Shown here: positions 18,589 through 30,036 of the stretch, piece by piece
How the letters are laid out: each line of letters opens with the position of its first letter
Position numbering within the stretch: the stretch's first letter is position 1
DNA from: Dehalococcoidia bacterium
Lineage (GTDB): Bacteria > Chloroflexota > Dehalococcoidia > CAUJGQ01
Direction of reading: 5' to 3'
DNA: 64,000 bases
Assembly (NCBI GenBank): GCA_050184225.1
Contig: JBFXAN010000012.1
Location: 1 to 64,000 of the forward strand
Program-made: the position numbers and the translations under genes
The notes under the pieces: model-generated
The model's input: only the letters and a program-made list of their open reading frames with translations
Database searches by the model: none
What the model was told of the DNA's origin: nothing

Positions 18589-19806
18589 TCACTCGACTTC
18601 GTATTCCTCGACCGTCTCGAATCGATCGCCGCGCACCTGCTTGATCACGGCGACGACGACATCCTCCGGCACCCGCTCGCCGTTGGGGAAGAAGCGCACC
18701 TTGCCGCTCGCACCCTGGTGGTCGGTCCGGAGCACGGCCTCGCTGAGCGCCTTCCGGTCGATCTCGAGCGCGCCGTCACGGCGCTTGGCCGTGTCTTCGA
18801 CCGCCTCCAGGAGCACGACGGCGGCGTCATACGCCTGTGCGCTGAACGGTCCCGGCTCCTCGTCCCACCGCGCTCGATACGCATCGGCGAACGCGCCGAA
18901 CTTCTTCCCTTCCACCGGCCGCGCCTGCGTGACAAACGCGTCTTCGGCGGCGCCGTTGGACTCGCGGATGAAGGCGTCGACATCGATCAGCGCATCTGAC
19001 CCCATGAACGGCGCCGTGATCCCGGCATAGCGGATCTGTTGAATCAGGAACCGGCCGGCGGGCAGGAAGCCGGCATAGTAGATCAGGTCCGGCTGCGCCT
19101 CTCGGATCTGCCCGACGAGCGCAGTGAAGTCCCAGTCCGTCGCCTCGACGTACTCGTCGGCGATCAGGTGGCCGCCCCGCTGCTTCAGCGCCTCTTTGAA
19201 GGCGTCACGCTGCTGCTTGCCGTAGAAGGTACTGTCGTTGATCGCAAAGACGTGCGACGTGTCCAGTTCCTTGTCGGCGAACTTGGCGCCGCCGATCGCC
19301 GCCTCCTGGCCGTTCCAGGCGAGCCGAACGACGGTGTCCAGCACCTGCCCGGTCAGCACCGACGTCGTACACGAAGGTGTCAGCATCATCATCCGGGCAT
19401 CGTCATAGATCACCGAGGCGGGGACGCAGCCGCTGGAGCACATCGGCCCGATCACGCCGGCGACATTCGGCATCGCGCTGAACGCCTTCGCGACTGCAAC
19501 CGACTGTTCGGCCGAGCAGCCGTCATCCTTGACGATCACCTCGATCGGATGCCCCTTGACCTCCCCCACCTGCTCGACCGCCAGCCGCACACCGCGCTCG
19601 ATCCGCTCGGCATCGCCGCTGCTGTCGCCACTCAGCGCGATCGAGACACCAATCGCGAGCGGCTGCCCCGGCGGCACGACGACCGTACCGAAGTCATTGC
19701 TGTGGTCCGGTTCCCCGCAGGCGGCCGCCATCACGGCAAGGCACGCCAGCAAGAGAAGCACAGGCAACCGCCCACGGGTGATCGGTCTGGTGATCGTTGG
19801 AGACAT
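18589..19806 (-). CDS. Branched-chain amino acid ABC substrate-binding lipoprotein (LivK-like)
   Basis: Lipobox MAAAC; DDGCS, GPMCSS and QAYDA motifs. Confidence 0.88.
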   Translation of the reverse strand: MSPTITRPITRGRLPVLLLLACLAVMAAACGEPDHSNDFGTVVVPPGQPLAIGVSIALSGDSSGDAERIERGVRLAVEQVGEVKGHPIEVIVKDDGCSAEQSVAVAKAFSAMPNVAGVIGPMCSSGCVPASVIYDDARMMMLTPSCTTSVLTGQVLDTVVRLAWNGQEAAIGGAKFADKELDTSHVFAINDSTFYGKQQRDAFKEALKQRGGHLIADEYVEATDWDFTALVGQIREAQPDLIYYAGFLPAGRFLIQQIRYAGITAPFMGSDALIDVDAFIRESNGAAEDAFVTQARPVEGKKFGAFADAYRARWDEEPGPFSAQAYDAAVVLLEAVEDTAKRRDGALEIDRKALSEAVLRTDHQGASGKVRFFPNGERVPEDVVVAVIKQVRGDRFETVEEYEVE

Positions 19807-19991
19807 CACCAACTATCGTACCCAGCACCCGCGCCTTTGGTCTTGGCAAGTGGGATTGCTTCGAAAACTGAAAGCGCCGTACCTCAAGGAGACGCGTCGC
19901 CGATAGCGGGAATCCGCTATTCACCACCCAGGATAGTAGGTGGTGTCACAGAGTCAACGTGGGGTGATGAATCGGAGGTATGAAGCACGAG

Positions 19992-20684
19992 CTACGCTTC
20001 AACCGGTGCGATCAACTCCGGGCCATCGTTGCGGACGTTGTTGACCAGGGGCGCAACCGGGCGGACGGTGAGGCGATCGTCGGGGAGCGGGACGAGAAGA
20101 GACTGGGCGGCGTGGCCGTCGCGGAAGTCGGGGTCCAGCCATTGAAGGAGCGCGTCGCCTTCGAGGATGACCGGCATCCGGTTGTGGTACTGCGCCATCA
20201 ACTCGTTGGGCGGACAGGTGATCACCGTGTGCGACGTGACCAGTTCGCCGGTGTCCGGATCGGTCCACTCGGTCCAGAGACCGGCAAGGGCGATCGGTCC
20301 GCCACCGGCACGGTGAATATAGAGCGGTTGCTTACCCTTCCCCACCTTCTGCCACTCATAGAAACCGGAAGCGGGAATGATGCAGCGCCGGCCGCCGACG
20401 AGTGTGCGGAAGGCGGACCGCTCCAGCAACGTCTCGCTGCGGGCATTGAAGGTCTTGGAGGCGATCGAACGATCTCTCGCCCAAACGGGGATCAGCCCCC
20501 AGCGCGAAGCGGCCAGCTCCTGCACGTTATCGGCCGGCCGGAGGATCACGTCTTCCTGGGTTGGGGCGATGTTGTAATGACCGGTCCACGTGCCGAGGTC
20601 AACCCGCACCCGCGTCTCGGCAAATTCGGGGAACCCATACGCCTGGGCAAAGTCGTCACGCTCACGGGCAATGCGACCGCACAT
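19992..20684 (-). CDS. SOS response-associated peptidase (SRAP/YedK family)
   Basis: N-terminal MCGR, YNIAPTQ, FNARSET, FYEW and HNRMPVIL motifs. Confidence 0.95.
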   Translation of the reverse strand: MCGRIARERDDFAQAYGFPEFAETRVRVDLGTWTGHYNIAPTQEDVILRPADNVQELAASRWGLIPVWARDRSIASKTFNARSETLLERSAFRTLVGGRRCIIPASGFYEWQKVGKGKQPLYIHRAGGGPIALAGLWTEWTDPDTGELVTSHTVITCPPNELMAQYHNRMPVILEGDALLQWLDPDFRDGHAAQSLLVPLPDDRLTVRPVAPLVNNVRNDGPELIAPVEA

Positions 20685-20845
20685 AGCAATAGTATACTCG
20701 CAATCATACGGTGCCGTCCTCGTGATAAGCCCTACCGAACCACCAGTCTGCGGACGCTTGACCCCTGACCCCGAGGCTGCCAGCCTTGTCCCACGGCTCG
20801 GCCCGCGCCCCACCCGCGCGACTTCGGCACGGTAAACGGAGATTG

Positions 20846-22030
20846 ATGAAGATCGCCCTCGTCTCTGCCTATGACATCGCCGTTCCCGGTGGAGTCAACG
20901 CGCACGTCACCCACCTGGCCGAAGGTTTTCGTCTGCGTGGGCACTCCGTCCGCATCATTGCCCCGGGGCCGCGCGCGCTCCGCGTTCCGGGGACGATCAC
21001 ACTCGGCCGCGCGTTCCCGTTCCCGTCGGGTGGCTCGCTGGCGCGGGTGACGATCTCGCCGTGGCTCGTCTTCCATGTGAAACGGCTGCTCGCCCGCGAG
21101 CGCTTCGATGTTGTCCATGTCCACGAGCCGTTGATCTCGATGCTGACATTACTGTTCCTCCGCTACTCAGAGGCGCTCACGGTCGGTACCTTTCACGCCG
21201 CGCGTGAGGGAGGGCGTAGCCGAGGCTATGCGCTGACCGCCCCCCTGCTGCGGCCCTGGGCGAAGTATCTCGATGGGCGAATTGCCGTATCCACTGCTGC
21301 CGCCCGCCTCGCCTCCCGCTACTTCCCCGGCCGCTACGAGATCATTCCCAACGGCGTCGATGTCGAACGCTTCGCGACGCCGGTTCCCCGCCCAGCCACC
21401 CCTGTCGGCGAGCAGCAGCCGTACATTCTGTTCGTCGGCCGGCTTGAAGAGCGGAAAGGACTGCCCACCCTGATCGAGGCGTTCGCGCTGCTCAAACGCA
21501 ACCACCCCACCCTGCGGTTGGTGGTCGTCGGCGACGGCGGCCGGCGCGCCGGCTACGAGCAATGGGTCAAGGACCATGGTCTGGGCGATGTCCACTTCGC
21601 CGGCCGGGCATCGGCGTCGGATCTGGCCGGCTACTATCAGCACGCCGCGGTCTATTGCGCGCCGAATACGGGGAACGAGTCGTTCGGCATCGTGCTCTTG
21701 GAGGCGATGGCGGCCGGTTGTCCGGTGGTCGCGACCGATATCGAGGGTTTCGCCTCGGTGATCACGGATGGCGACGATGGGCTGCTCGTTCCGCCTCGAA
21801 ATCCAGGGGCCATGGCAGACGCACTGGCACGCGTGCTCGACGATCCGGTCGTCGCCCAGCGGCTGATCACCAACGGCCGGAGATGCGTCGTGCAGTACGA
21901 CTGGCCGGCCGTCACCGAGCGGGTACTCACCTACTACCGCTGTTTACTGGGGGAGAACCACACCACTCGCATCTCCACTGCGAGCGGTGATGTGGCACAA
22001 GCCGGCTTCGGTGACGGCGGTCAGGGATGA
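20846..22030 (+). CDS. GT4 glycosyltransferase, PimA-like (phosphatidyl-myo-inositol mannosyltransferase-like)
   Basis: PGGVNAH, VHVHEP, VGTFH, GRLEERKG and PNTGNESFGIVLLEAMAAG motifs. Confidence 0.85.
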   Translation: MKIALVSAYDIAVPGGVNAHVTHLAEGFRLRGHSVRIIAPGPRALRVPGTITLGRAFPFPSGGSLARVTISPWLVFHVKRLLARERFDVVHVHEPLISMLTLLFLRYSEALTVGTFHAAREGGRSRGYALTAPLLRPWAKYLDGRIAVSTAAARLASRYFPGRYEIIPNGVDVERFATPVPRPATPVGEQQPYILFVGRLEERKGLPTLIEAFALLKRNHPTLRLVVVGDGGRRAGYEQWVKDHGLGDVHFAGRASASDLAGYYQHAAVYCAPNTGNESFGIVLLEAMAAGCPVVATDIEGFASVITDGDDGLLVPPRNPGAMADALARVLDDPVVAQRLITNGRRCVVQYDWPAVTERVLTYYRCLLGENHTTRISTASGDVAQAGFGDGGQG

Positions 22031-22249
22031 CGGCGGACTGCGGTCGAAACGGCAGCGTGCCGATCGTGTGGGGCATTGCCCAACATCGCGAATCTATGTT
22101 TGACATAACATGTCGAGTCATGCGTCTCAGAAAACCAATATAGTTGCGCTAATTGTGTACTAACTGACGCACCCGCCATCGTCGTATCAGCCAGGAAATG
22201 CCGCGGATCGGACCGGCGTGCGTCCGGTGGTGCGGCGATGAGGGAGGAT

Positions 22250-25200
22250 ATGAAGGAACGAGACTCCTGCGTATCATCTAACCCGGAAGCCCCATCAGAG
22301 CTGATGATCGGTCTCGATGTCGGCTCGACGACCGTCAAAGCCGTGGTCATCGACCCGGCTACCGACGCCATCCTCTGGAAAGATTACCAACGTCACGAAA
22401 CTCGCCAGCCGGAGAAGGTGCTCGAGTTCCTCCGGCGCATCGAGGAGGAGTTCCCGCTCCCCGCCGATCGCTTCCGCGTCTTCATCACCGGCAGCGGCGG
22501 CGGCGCCATCGCCGACTACATTGGCGCCCGCTTCGTCCAAGAGGTCAACGCCGTCTCGCTCGCCGTCGAGCAGTCCTACCCGGACGCCGGTTCGGTGATC
22601 GAGCTCGGCGGTCAGGACGCCAAGATCATTATCTGGATCGAGGATCCGGTCACCGGTATCAAGCGCAAGCTGCCGAGCATGAATGACAAGTGCGCGGGCG
22701 GCACCGGCGCCGTGATCGATAAGATCAACGCGAAGCTCGGACTGAGCGGGCCGGAGTTGAAGGGCCTGCCCTACGAGGGCGTCAAGCTCCACCCGGTCGC
22801 CGGCAAGTGCGGCGTCTTCGCCGAAACCGACATCAACGGCCTCCAGAAGCAGGGCGTCCCCGCCAACGAGCTGATCGCCTCGCTCTTCGAGGCGCTTGTC
22901 CAGCAGAACTTGAGTGTCCTCACCCGCGGCAACACGCTCCGACCGACGGTGCTGCTGCTCGGCGGTCCCAACACCTTCCTGCCGGCGCTGCAGGACGCCT
23001 GGCGCCACCACATCCCAAACATCTGGGAGGAGCGCGGTGTCGCCCTGCCGGAGGGGGTCGATCCGAAGTCGTTGATCATCGTCCCCGAAAACGCGGAGTA
23101 CTTTGCCGCGGTCGGCTCCGTCCTCTTCGGGAAGGAAGAGGACGCCCACATCGGCCGCTACACGGGTACGGCGGCGCTCGTGGACTACGCCGAGCACGGC
23201 CGCAAGAAGATGCGCGAGGCGTCCGGATCGCCCGGCCTGCTCAAATCGCCGGACGAACTGGAAGACTTCGCCGCGAACTACACCGTACCGACGTTCGAGC
23301 CGGTGACCTTCACCCCCGGCCAGGTGGTCGAAGCCTACGCCGGCATCGACGGCGGCTCGACCTCGACCAAGGCCGTGCTGATGGACGCGGACGGCACGCT
23401 CCTGGTGAAGGCATACCAGCTCTCCCAGGGCAACCCGATCGAGGACACACGGGCGATCCTCGCCGCACTGCGCGAGCAGGTGGAGTCCCAGGGCGCCACG
23501 CTCGAGATCAAGGGAATGGGCACCACCGGCTACGCCAAGGACATGCTCAAGGACACGATCGGCGCCGATGTCGCCATCGTCGAAACCGTCGCCCACACCC
23601 AGTCCGCCCTCCACTACTATAAGGATGTCGACGTGATTGTCGATGTCGGCGGGCAGGACATCAAGGTGATCATCCTCCACGACGGCAAGGTGAAGGACTT
23701 CCGCCTGAACACACAGTGCTCGGCGGGCAATGGCTATTTCCTTCAGTCCACCGCGTCGCGGTTCGGCTTCAAGGTCGCGGACTACGCCGACGCCGCCTTC
23801 GGCGCGCAGCGGGTGCCGATCTTCAGCTACGGTTGCGCCGTCTTCATGGAGTCGGACATCGTCAACTTCCAGCAGCTCGGCTGGAGCCGCGAGGAGGTGA
23901 TGGGCGGGCTGGCGGCGGTGCTGCCCAAGAACATCTGGCTCTACGTCGTCCAGGAACCGAACCTGGGCAAGCTCGGCCACCGCTTCGTCCTCCAGGGCGG
24001 CACCCAGCACAACCTCGCCGCCGTCAAGTCGCAGGTCGACTTCATCAAGGCGAAGGTGCCGGGCGTCGAGGTCTTCGTCCACAAGCACTGCGGCGAGTCC
24101 GGCGCGATCGGCGCCGCGCTCGAAGCGATCCGCGTCGTGCGCGAGCGGGAGTCGAGCTTCATCGGCTTCCAGGCGGCGGAGGCGATCGAGTACACCTCGC
24201 AGCGGGACGAGTCGACGCGCTGCTACTTCTGCAAGAACAAGTGTCTGCGCACCTTCATCGACACGAAGACGCCGCAGGGCGACGAGCGCCGCTTCATCAT
24301 CGCCACCTGCGAGAAGGGGGCAGTCGAGGCGCTCGACGATATGAAGGTGATCAAGGCGAAGATCGAGGAGATCAAGAAGGCCAACCCGAACTTCGTCGAG
24401 ATCGCCGCCAACGACGCCTTCAAGCCGCAGAACGCCGAGCGCGCCCCGGCCCCGCCGCTGCCGCTCTCCGTCCGCCTCAACCCCAGGCGGCGGAAGCAGT
24501 GGGAGGTGGACCGGCAGACCTGGGAGGAGCGGCGGTCGAAGATGGTGGTCGGCATGCCCCGCGTGCTGAACGCCTACACCTACTCGCCCTTCTTCACCGC
24601 CTACTTCGAGAGCATCGGCATCCCCTGGCGGCAGATCATCTTCTCGCCGGAGACGGATGAAGCGATGTGGAAGGAAGGCAGCCGCCGTGGCTCGATCGAC
24701 CAGTGCTTCCCCAGCAAGGTGGCGCTGGCGCATGTCCACTGGCTGCTCACCGGCGCCAAGCAGAAGCCGGACATCATCTTCTTCCCATCCTTCGCGACCT
24801 TGAAGTCGGAACTGGAACACGCGCTCGATTCCTGCGCCTGCCCGACCGTCGCCGCGACGCCGGCAGTGACGAAGGCAGCCTTCACCAAGGAAGACGACGC
24901 CTTCGTTGCCGCCGGCTGCACCTACCACGATCCCGTGCTCAACATGGCCGAGCCGGAGTTGTTCGAGAAACAGATGCTCGAATGGGCGGCGCCGCTCTTC
25001 GGCGTGAGCCGCGAAGAGAACGCCTTCGCGATCGAGCAGGGCTACAAGGCGTTCGACCGCTTCAAGAACGGCATGCGCGTCAAGGCGCGGGAAGTGCTCG
25101 ACCAGCTGGAGCGGGAGAACCGCGTCGGCGTGGTCATGCTCGGCCGGCCGTACCACAACGACCCCGGCCTCAACCACGAGATCGTCGAGGCGATTCAGAA

Positions 25201-26119
25201 GATCGGCTTCCCGATCTTCTCGATCGACTCGCTGCCGGTGGACGACGACATCCTCGAACGGCTCTTCGGCGAAGAGGTCGCCCGCGGCGATATCCGCAGC
25301 CCGATGGATATCACCGACGTCTGGAAGAACGCCTACTCGGAGAACTCCAGCCGCAAGGCGTGGGGAGCCAAGTACGTCGCCCGCCACCCGAACCTGGTGG
25401 CGCTCGATCTCTCCAGCTTCAAGTGCGGCCACGACGCGCCGATGTACAGCATGATCGAGGAGATCGTCGAGACATCGGGCACGCCCTATTTCACCTTCCA
25501 TGACATCGACGAGAACAAGCCGGCCGGGTCAATCAAGATTCGAGTCGAGACAATCTCGTACTTTCTGGGACGCTACCAGGACGACCTGCGCGACAAGGCA
25601 AAGATGGAGGAGCGCATCCGGGAGGCCGTGCGCGCCTACGAGGAAGCGCTTCGCCGGGGCGAGACGCCGCCGGAGATCGATCTCAGCGCTTCAGAGCCGC
25701 GCAAGGGCATCGTCATCCCGCTCGGCATCGCGTTGAGCAGCAACGCCGGCAAGGTCGGCGGTAGCTGCGGCAGTGGCGGCTGTGGCACCGGCCACGACGA
25801 CGAGGGCGATGCCTGCGGGACGGGCGACTGTGGCAGCGGTTGCGGCTCGGGCTGCGGCACGTCGCCGGTAAGCAGCTTCGGGATCGGCGACGATCTGCTG
25901 CTGCCGGTGCTGAACAACCTGGCAGCGCCGGCATCGGGAGGCGGGTGCGGGAGCGGCTGCGGTTCGGGCTGTGGTTCCGGCTGCGGCACATCACCCCTCA
26001 TGACCCCGATCGGGATCGAGAGCGATCTGCTGCTTCCGGTGCTCAACGGCGCCCCGGTTGCGGCCGGCGTCGTACCGGACAAGGAAGACGTGTACGTGCC
26101 TTTGCCGGTGCTGAATTAG
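22250..26119 (+). CDS. Double ASKHA activase (BadF/BcrA/D) + DUF2229 reductase/dehydratase protein, PlsA/Ger-like, with a Cys/Gly repeat tail
   Basis: Two ATPase units (GLDVGSTTVK...ELGGQDAK...KCAGGTG; GIDGGSTSTK...DVGGQDIK...QCSAGNG), then CYFCKNKC, CFPSK, GRPYH and FKCGHDA; GGAGGA RBS before ATG 22250. Confidence 0.9.
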   Translation: MKERDSCVSSNPEAPSELMIGLDVGSTTVKAVVIDPATDAILWKDYQRHETRQPEKVLEFLRRIEEEFPLPADRFRVFITGSGGGAIADYIGARFVQEVNAVSLAVEQSYPDAGSVIELGGQDAKIIIWIEDPVTGIKRKLPSMNDKCAGGTGAVIDKINAKLGLSGPELKGLPYEGVKLHPVAGKCGVFAETDINGLQKQGVPANELIASLFEALVQQNLSVLTRGNTLRPTVLLLGGPNTFLPALQDAWRHHIPNIWEERGVALPEGVDPKSLIIVPENAEYFAAVGSVLFGKEEDAHIGRYTGTAALVDYAEHGRKKMREASGSPGLLKSPDELEDFAANYTVPTFEPVTFTPGQVVEAYAGIDGGSTSTKAVLMDADGTLLVKAYQLSQGNPIEDTRAILAALREQVESQGATLEIKGMGTTGYAKDMLKDTIGADVAIVETVAHTQSALHYYKDVDVIVDVGGQDIKVIILHDGKVKDFRLNTQCSAGNGYFLQSTASRFGFKVADYADAAFGAQRVPIFSYGCAVFMESDIVNFQQLGWSREEVMGGLAAVLPKNIWLYVVQEPNLGKLGHRFVLQGGTQHNLAAVKSQVDFIKAKVPGVEVFVHKHCGESGAIGAALEAIRVVRERESSFIGFQAAEAIEYTSQRDESTRCYFCKNKCLRTFIDTKTPQGDERRFIIATCEKGAVEALDDMKVIKAKIEEIKKANPNFVEIAANDAFKPQNAERAPAPPLPLSVRLNPRRRKQWEVDRQTWEERRSKMVVGMPRVLNAYTYSPFFTAYFESIGIPWRQIIFSPETDEAMWKEGSRRGSIDQCFPSKVALAHVHWLLTGAKQKPDIIFFPSFATLKSELEHALDSCACPTVAATPAVTKAAFTKEDDAFVAAGCTYHDPVLNMAEPELFEKQMLEWAAPLFGVSREENAFAIEQGYKAFDRFKNGMRVKAREVLDQLERENRVGVVMLGRPYHNDPGLNHEIVEAIQKIGFPIFSIDSLPVDDDILERLFGEEVARGDIRSPMDITDVWKNAYSENSSRKAWGAKYVARHPNLVALDLSSFKCGHDAPMYSMIEEIVETSGTPYFTFHDIDENKPAGSIKIRVETISYFLGRYQDDLRDKAKMEERIREAVRAYEEALRRGETPPEIDLSASEPRKGIVIPLGIALSSNAGKVGGSCGSGGCGTGHDDEGDACGTGDCGSGCGSGCGTSPVSSFGIGDDLLLPVLNNLAAPASGGGCGSGCGSGCGSGCGTSPLMTPIGIESDLLLPVLNGAPVAAGVVPDKEDVYVPLPVLN
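25750..26116 (+). repeat. Coding repeat: (CGSG)n-CGTSP-x4-GI..DLLLPVLN x2 plus terminal LPVLN
   Basis: Visible in the translation and as DNA similarity between about 25840-25918 and 25970-26048. Confidence 0.85.
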
Positions 26120-26167
26120 CCGGCAGGCGGATCGGTTTGGGAGTCACCCAGCACAAAGGGGACGGTT

Positions 26168-27751
<1,584 letters not shown>

Positions 27752-27770
27752 CGTCACTCAACGAAGACCG

Positions 27771-27804
27771 GCGCGAGGCCCGGCCAGTGAGCCGGGCCTC
27801 GCGC
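27771..27804 (+). terminator. GC-rich 14-bp stem-loop after the activase/dehydratase operon
   Basis: GCGCGAGGCCCGGC-CAGTGA-GCCGGGCCTCGCGC; only a short U tract follows. Confidence 0.6.
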
Positions 27805-27855
27805 TTGGCGAACATGCTGATCCGTGGCACCCTGGATTTCGGGAGGATCGAATCC

Positions 27856-28119
27856 ATGGTAGTAATACGCGAAGGGCGGATCGAAGGTGGTCGCCTGATC
27901 GTCGCGGACACAATTGCGCTGCCAGATGGCACCCCTGTGCGGGTCGAAATCGAGGTGCTCGACGAGCAGACTCAGGCGGGCAACCGCGAGATTCCTGCCG
28001 ACGAGGATTTGCTGCCGGGGTTTGGCATGTGGGCAAACCGCGAGGACATGCAAGATAGCGTCGATTGGGTCAATCAGCAACGTGACGCTTGGCGAGAGCG
28101 ACTCCTGCACGCCCAGTGA
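27856..28119 (+). CDS. Putative antitoxin (AF2212/DUF104-like)
   Basis: MVVIREGRIEGGRLIV....LPDGTPVRVEI, FGMWANR; GGGAGGA RBS; GTGA overlap with the PIN gene. Confidence 0.7.
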   Translation: MVVIREGRIEGGRLIVADTIALPDGTPVRVEIEVLDEQTQAGNREIPADEDLLPGFGMWANREDMQDSVDWVNQQRDAWRERLLHAQ

Positions 28120-28489
28120 TTGACACTGATATCCTTATCGACCACTTGCGTGGTGTAGCCGCCGCGACCGCCTTCCTCAATGCCAGGCGAGCGGCGGGAA
28201 GGAACACCGTCAGCATCATCTCGGCGATGGAGCTGGTCCAAGGCTGCCGGAATGGGCAGGAGTTACAGACCGTCCGTGCTTGCTGGCTGCGATGACCGTC
28301 GTACCAATGACCGGTCAGGCATCAGAATCCGCCTTGCAACTGATGGACGCCCACTTCCTCCGGCACGGACTTCGACTTCCGGATGCCCTCATAGCTGCTG
28401 CCGCGCTCGACCGCGGCGAGATGCTGAATACGCGAAACGCACGTCACTTCGGCGTTGTCCCCGGTCTGGCCATCGAGCGCCCATATTGA
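28116..28489 (+). pseudogene. vapC: VapC/PIN toxin, frameshifted near 28280
   Basis: IDTDILID...SAMELVQG in one frame, LPDALIAA...TRNARHF in the next; a single missing base at GCTTG restores the frame. Confidence 0.8.
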
Positions 28490-28497
28490 CAGCGGGA

Positions 28498-29901
28498 TTA
28501 GGTCGTCACGCCCAACTCCTGCTCGACCTCGGCCAGGGCACCGTCCAGGCCATCGACCAGCCAGTCGCTCTCGGCCGGGGTGATCACGAGCGGCGGGGCG
28601 ATGTTGACGATGTTGCCGGCGCGGCAGAGGATGCCCCGCTTCACCAACGCCGCCGTGAGCTTGTCCGGCAGGCCAGCATCTTCCGGGAACGGCTCATTGG
28701 TTGCCGGGTCTTGGACGATCTCCACCGCCAGCAGCAGGCCGCGCCCGCGCACGTCTCCCACGATCGGATGTTGCTCCTTGAGCGAGGTGAGCCGGCCCTG
28801 GAGGTAGGCGCCGGTCCGGGCCGCGTTCTCCGGCAGTTGCTCCCGCTCGATGATGCCGACGTTCGCCAGTGCCACCGCGCAGGACACCGGGTGCGTGCCG
28901 AAGGTGATGCCGAGGCCGAAGGTCTTGCTCTTGTCGCCCTCGAACGCGGCGGCGACCTTGTCCGACGCGGCGACGGCGGCGATCGGGATGTAGCCGGAAC
29001 TGATCCCCTTCGCCATCGTCATCAGGTCCGGCTCGTAGCCGAGGCCCGGTGAGGCGAACCACGCGCCCGTGCGGCCGAAGCCGTTGATCACCTCGTCAGC
29101 GATCAGGAGGATGCCGTACTTGTCGCAGAGCCGGCGGATCTCCGGCCAGTAGTCGTCCGAGGGAATGTAGCCGCCGTTGGCGGAGGAGATCGGCTCGCCG
29201 ATGAAGGCGGCGATCGTCTCCGGCTTCTCCGCCTTGATCACCTGCTCGATCGCGCCGACGCAGACGGCATCGCAGGCGGGTTTGCCTGCCTGCTTGCAGT
29301 GATAGCAGGGTGTGTTCTCGACAAAGACGACGCCAGGCAGCAGCGGCTCGTAAGGCGCGCGGTTGATGCCGGTCGAGCCGTTCACAGAGAGCGCCCCGGC
29401 GGTGACGCCGTGATAGGAGCCACGCCGGGCAATGATCTTGAACCGCTTCTTCTCGCCGAGATTGTACTGGTAGTGCTTCGCCATCCGGAGAGCGGTTTCG
29501 ACCGCTTCTGAGCCGGAGTTGACGAAGAAGAGGCGGTTGAGTGAGGGCGGCAACAGCGACGCGAGCTTGCTCGCCAGGTCGACGGCCGGCCGGCTCGCGT
29601 AGGCGAAGGTGTTGACGTAGGCCAGATCGCGCATCTGCTGCGCGGCCACCTCGCCCAGTTCGGCGCGGCCGTGACCGGCGTTGACCACCCAGAGGCCGGA
29701 CATCGCGTCCATGAACCGCCGGCCGCGCTGATCGGTCAGCCACACCCCCTCACCCTGGACGAAGACCTTGAGACCGTCCGGCTTGGCGAGTTCCGTGTAC
29801 TGCTGAGTATGCACCCAGAGATGCGCGAGACCCCGCGCGATGTAGTCGTCCATCTCGACATCGCTGGTTAGGTCCGGCCGTGCTTCCTGCTCGATCGTCA
29901 T
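28498..29901 (-). CDS. Class III PLP aminotransferase (omega-amino acid:pyruvate type)
   Basis: SGLW, NSGSEAVE, SYHG, ADEVINGFGRTG, MAKGISSGY and TFGTHPV motifs. Confidence 0.93.
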   Translation of the reverse strand: MTIEQEARPDLTSDVEMDDYIARGLAHLWVHTQQYTELAKPDGLKVFVQGEGVWLTDQRGRRFMDAMSGLWVVNAGHGRAELGEVAAQQMRDLAYVNTFAYASRPAVDLASKLASLLPPSLNRLFFVNSGSEAVETALRMAKHYQYNLGEKKRFKIIARRGSYHGVTAGALSVNGSTGINRAPYEPLLPGVVFVENTPCYHCKQAGKPACDAVCVGAIEQVIKAEKPETIAAFIGEPISSANGGYIPSDDYWPEIRRLCDKYGILLIADEVINGFGRTGAWFASPGLGYEPDLMTMAKGISSGYIPIAAVAASDKVAAAFEGDKSKTFGLGITFGTHPVSCAVALANVGIIEREQLPENAARTGAYLQGRLTSLKEQHPIVGDVRGRGLLLAVEIVQDPATNEPFPEDAGLPDKLTAALVKRGILCRAGNIVNIAPPLVITPAESDWLVDGLDGALAEVEQELGVTT

Positions 29902-29918
29902 CGTTGGCTCCTTTGAAT

Positions 29919-30036
29919 GCCCTCACCCCCGACCCCTCTCCCGCAACGGCGGGAGAGGGGAGCCTCACTCAACCGGGGTGTGCCAGTATCTCCCCCTCTC
30001 CCGCTCCGGCGGGAGAGGGGGCCGGGGGGTGAGGGC
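29919..30036. repeat. Inverted pair of CCCTCACCCC/CCCTCTCCC-GGGAGAGGG REP-like hairpins (REPIN-like)
   Basis: 29919-29960 and 29992-30036 are inverted copies, each with an internal hairpin; the element overlaps the 3' end of the amidohydrolase gene. Confidence 0.88.

Noticed and set aside
19903-19946. Two short hairpins between the LivK-like and SRAP genes as an ncRNA
   Set aside because: Stems are only 7 bp; more simply a terminator or operator, with too little evidence to call.
22153-22170. Rex operator upstream of the activase operon
   Set aside because: Only the TTGTG half matches; the second half is too degenerate.
22295-25501. 1068-aa minus-strand ORF
   Set aside because: Antisense shadow of the activase gene, caused by high-GC codon bias; no recognisable motifs.
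25860-26050. Encapsulin cargo-loading peptide (FGIGDDL, IGIESDL)
   Set aside because: Only loosely similar to the LGIGSL consensus, and no encapsulin gene is in the window.
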